This document shows positions 63,779 through 64,000 of a stretch of 64,000 bases of DNA, piece after piece. The DNA comes from Parcubacteria group bacterium (lineage in GTDB: Bacteria; Patescibacteriota; Minisyncoccia; UBA6257; Colwellbacteraceae). The stretch is taken from positions 26,981-90,980 of the forward strand of contig JBAZMT010000001.1 of assembly GCA_041649615.1 (NCBI GenBank). Reading direction: 5' to 3'. Numbering within the stretch: position 1 is the first letter of the stretch; each line of letters opens with the position of its first letter. The notes beneath the pieces are model-generated. The model worked only from the letters and a program-made list of their open reading frames with translations, searched no databases and was not told the origin of the DNA. The position numbers were made by a program, and so were the translations under genes.

Positions 63779-64000
63779 TTCTCAAGTTTTTTATCTCAAA
63801 CATCGGCTCAACGGAAGCTTCTTTAAGCAATCCCTCGGAGACTTGGAGAGTGCGGCCTATTCCCAGGCCATAAGGCAGTGATGAGGCAGCGGAGACGATT
63901 ATTTCACCAGGAGGGATGGGCTTGTCAGAATCAATCATTTTTAATTTCGGATCCATTCCCCCGATATAGAGGGCATCTGTTTCGGCTTCCCCGATGCGGA
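63756..64000 (-). CDS. mreC: rod shape-determining protein MreC, C-terminal fragment (gene continues beyond window)
   Basis: C-terminal GEIIVSAASSLPYGLGIGRTLQV resembles the MreC GxVVTSGLGGxFPxGLPIG motif. The frame is open to the window edge. Confidence 0.5.
   Translation of the reverse strand, partial: RIGEAETDALYIGGMDPKLKMIDSDKPIPPGEIIVSAASSLPYGLGIGRTLQVSEGLLKEASVEPMFEIKNLRNVLIVSH

Noticed and set aside
1-64000. Search for integrases, transposases, CRISPR arrays, rRNA genes and prophage structural genes
   Set aside because: None recognised by motif inspection in any frame. Mobile-element signal in this window is limited to the short palindromic repeats.

Overview
This 64 kb window is almost entirely coding and has low GC (about 42-45 %). 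Many genes lack an obvious Shine-Dalgarno sequence. It is most likely a small-genome bacterium of the Candidate Phyla Radiation / Patescibacteria type; that is an inference from gene content and style, not a database hit.

Recognisable content:
- A copper-resistance module: csoR-like repressor, an HMA + cupredoxin membrane protein, and copA.
- A MacAB-like ABC efflux set and a P-type cation ATPase.
- Cell-wall and division genes: murC, murG, ftsW, mraY, a DD-carboxypeptidase, scpAB, PBP2 and the tail of mreCD.
- def and fmt separated by a four-gene nucleotide module: ThyA-like, a DHFR-HIT fusion, a dCMP-deaminase fusion and a cytidylyltransferase-like protein.
- Ribosomal proteins L9 and L27, gltX, dnaX, pgk, tpiA, galT and two tRNA-Gln genes (anticodons CTG and TTG).
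- A bacterial type-A RNase P RNA (rnpB) on the minus strand at about 52862-53375, with unusual internal duplications.

Things the gene calls do not explain:
- A roughly 30-35 bp palindromic repeat family (GGATTCCCGS-N4-SCGGGAATGACRG) present in at least five copies. Two copies are inserted in-frame into coding sequence (inside murC and at the 3' end of tpiA); others lie at gene boundaries, including next to rnpB.
- A D-aminoacylase-like amidohydrolase with a degenerate metal-binding motif sitting where murD normally is.
- An L,D-transpeptidase fused to a D,D-carboxypeptidase.
- A high-GC ORFan with a strong ribosome-binding site near tRNA-Gln.
- A short serpin-like protein next to a Cas4-like 4-Cys PD-(D/E)XK nuclease.
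- Several large secreted repeat proteins.

I found no CRISPR array, integrase, transposase or rRNA.
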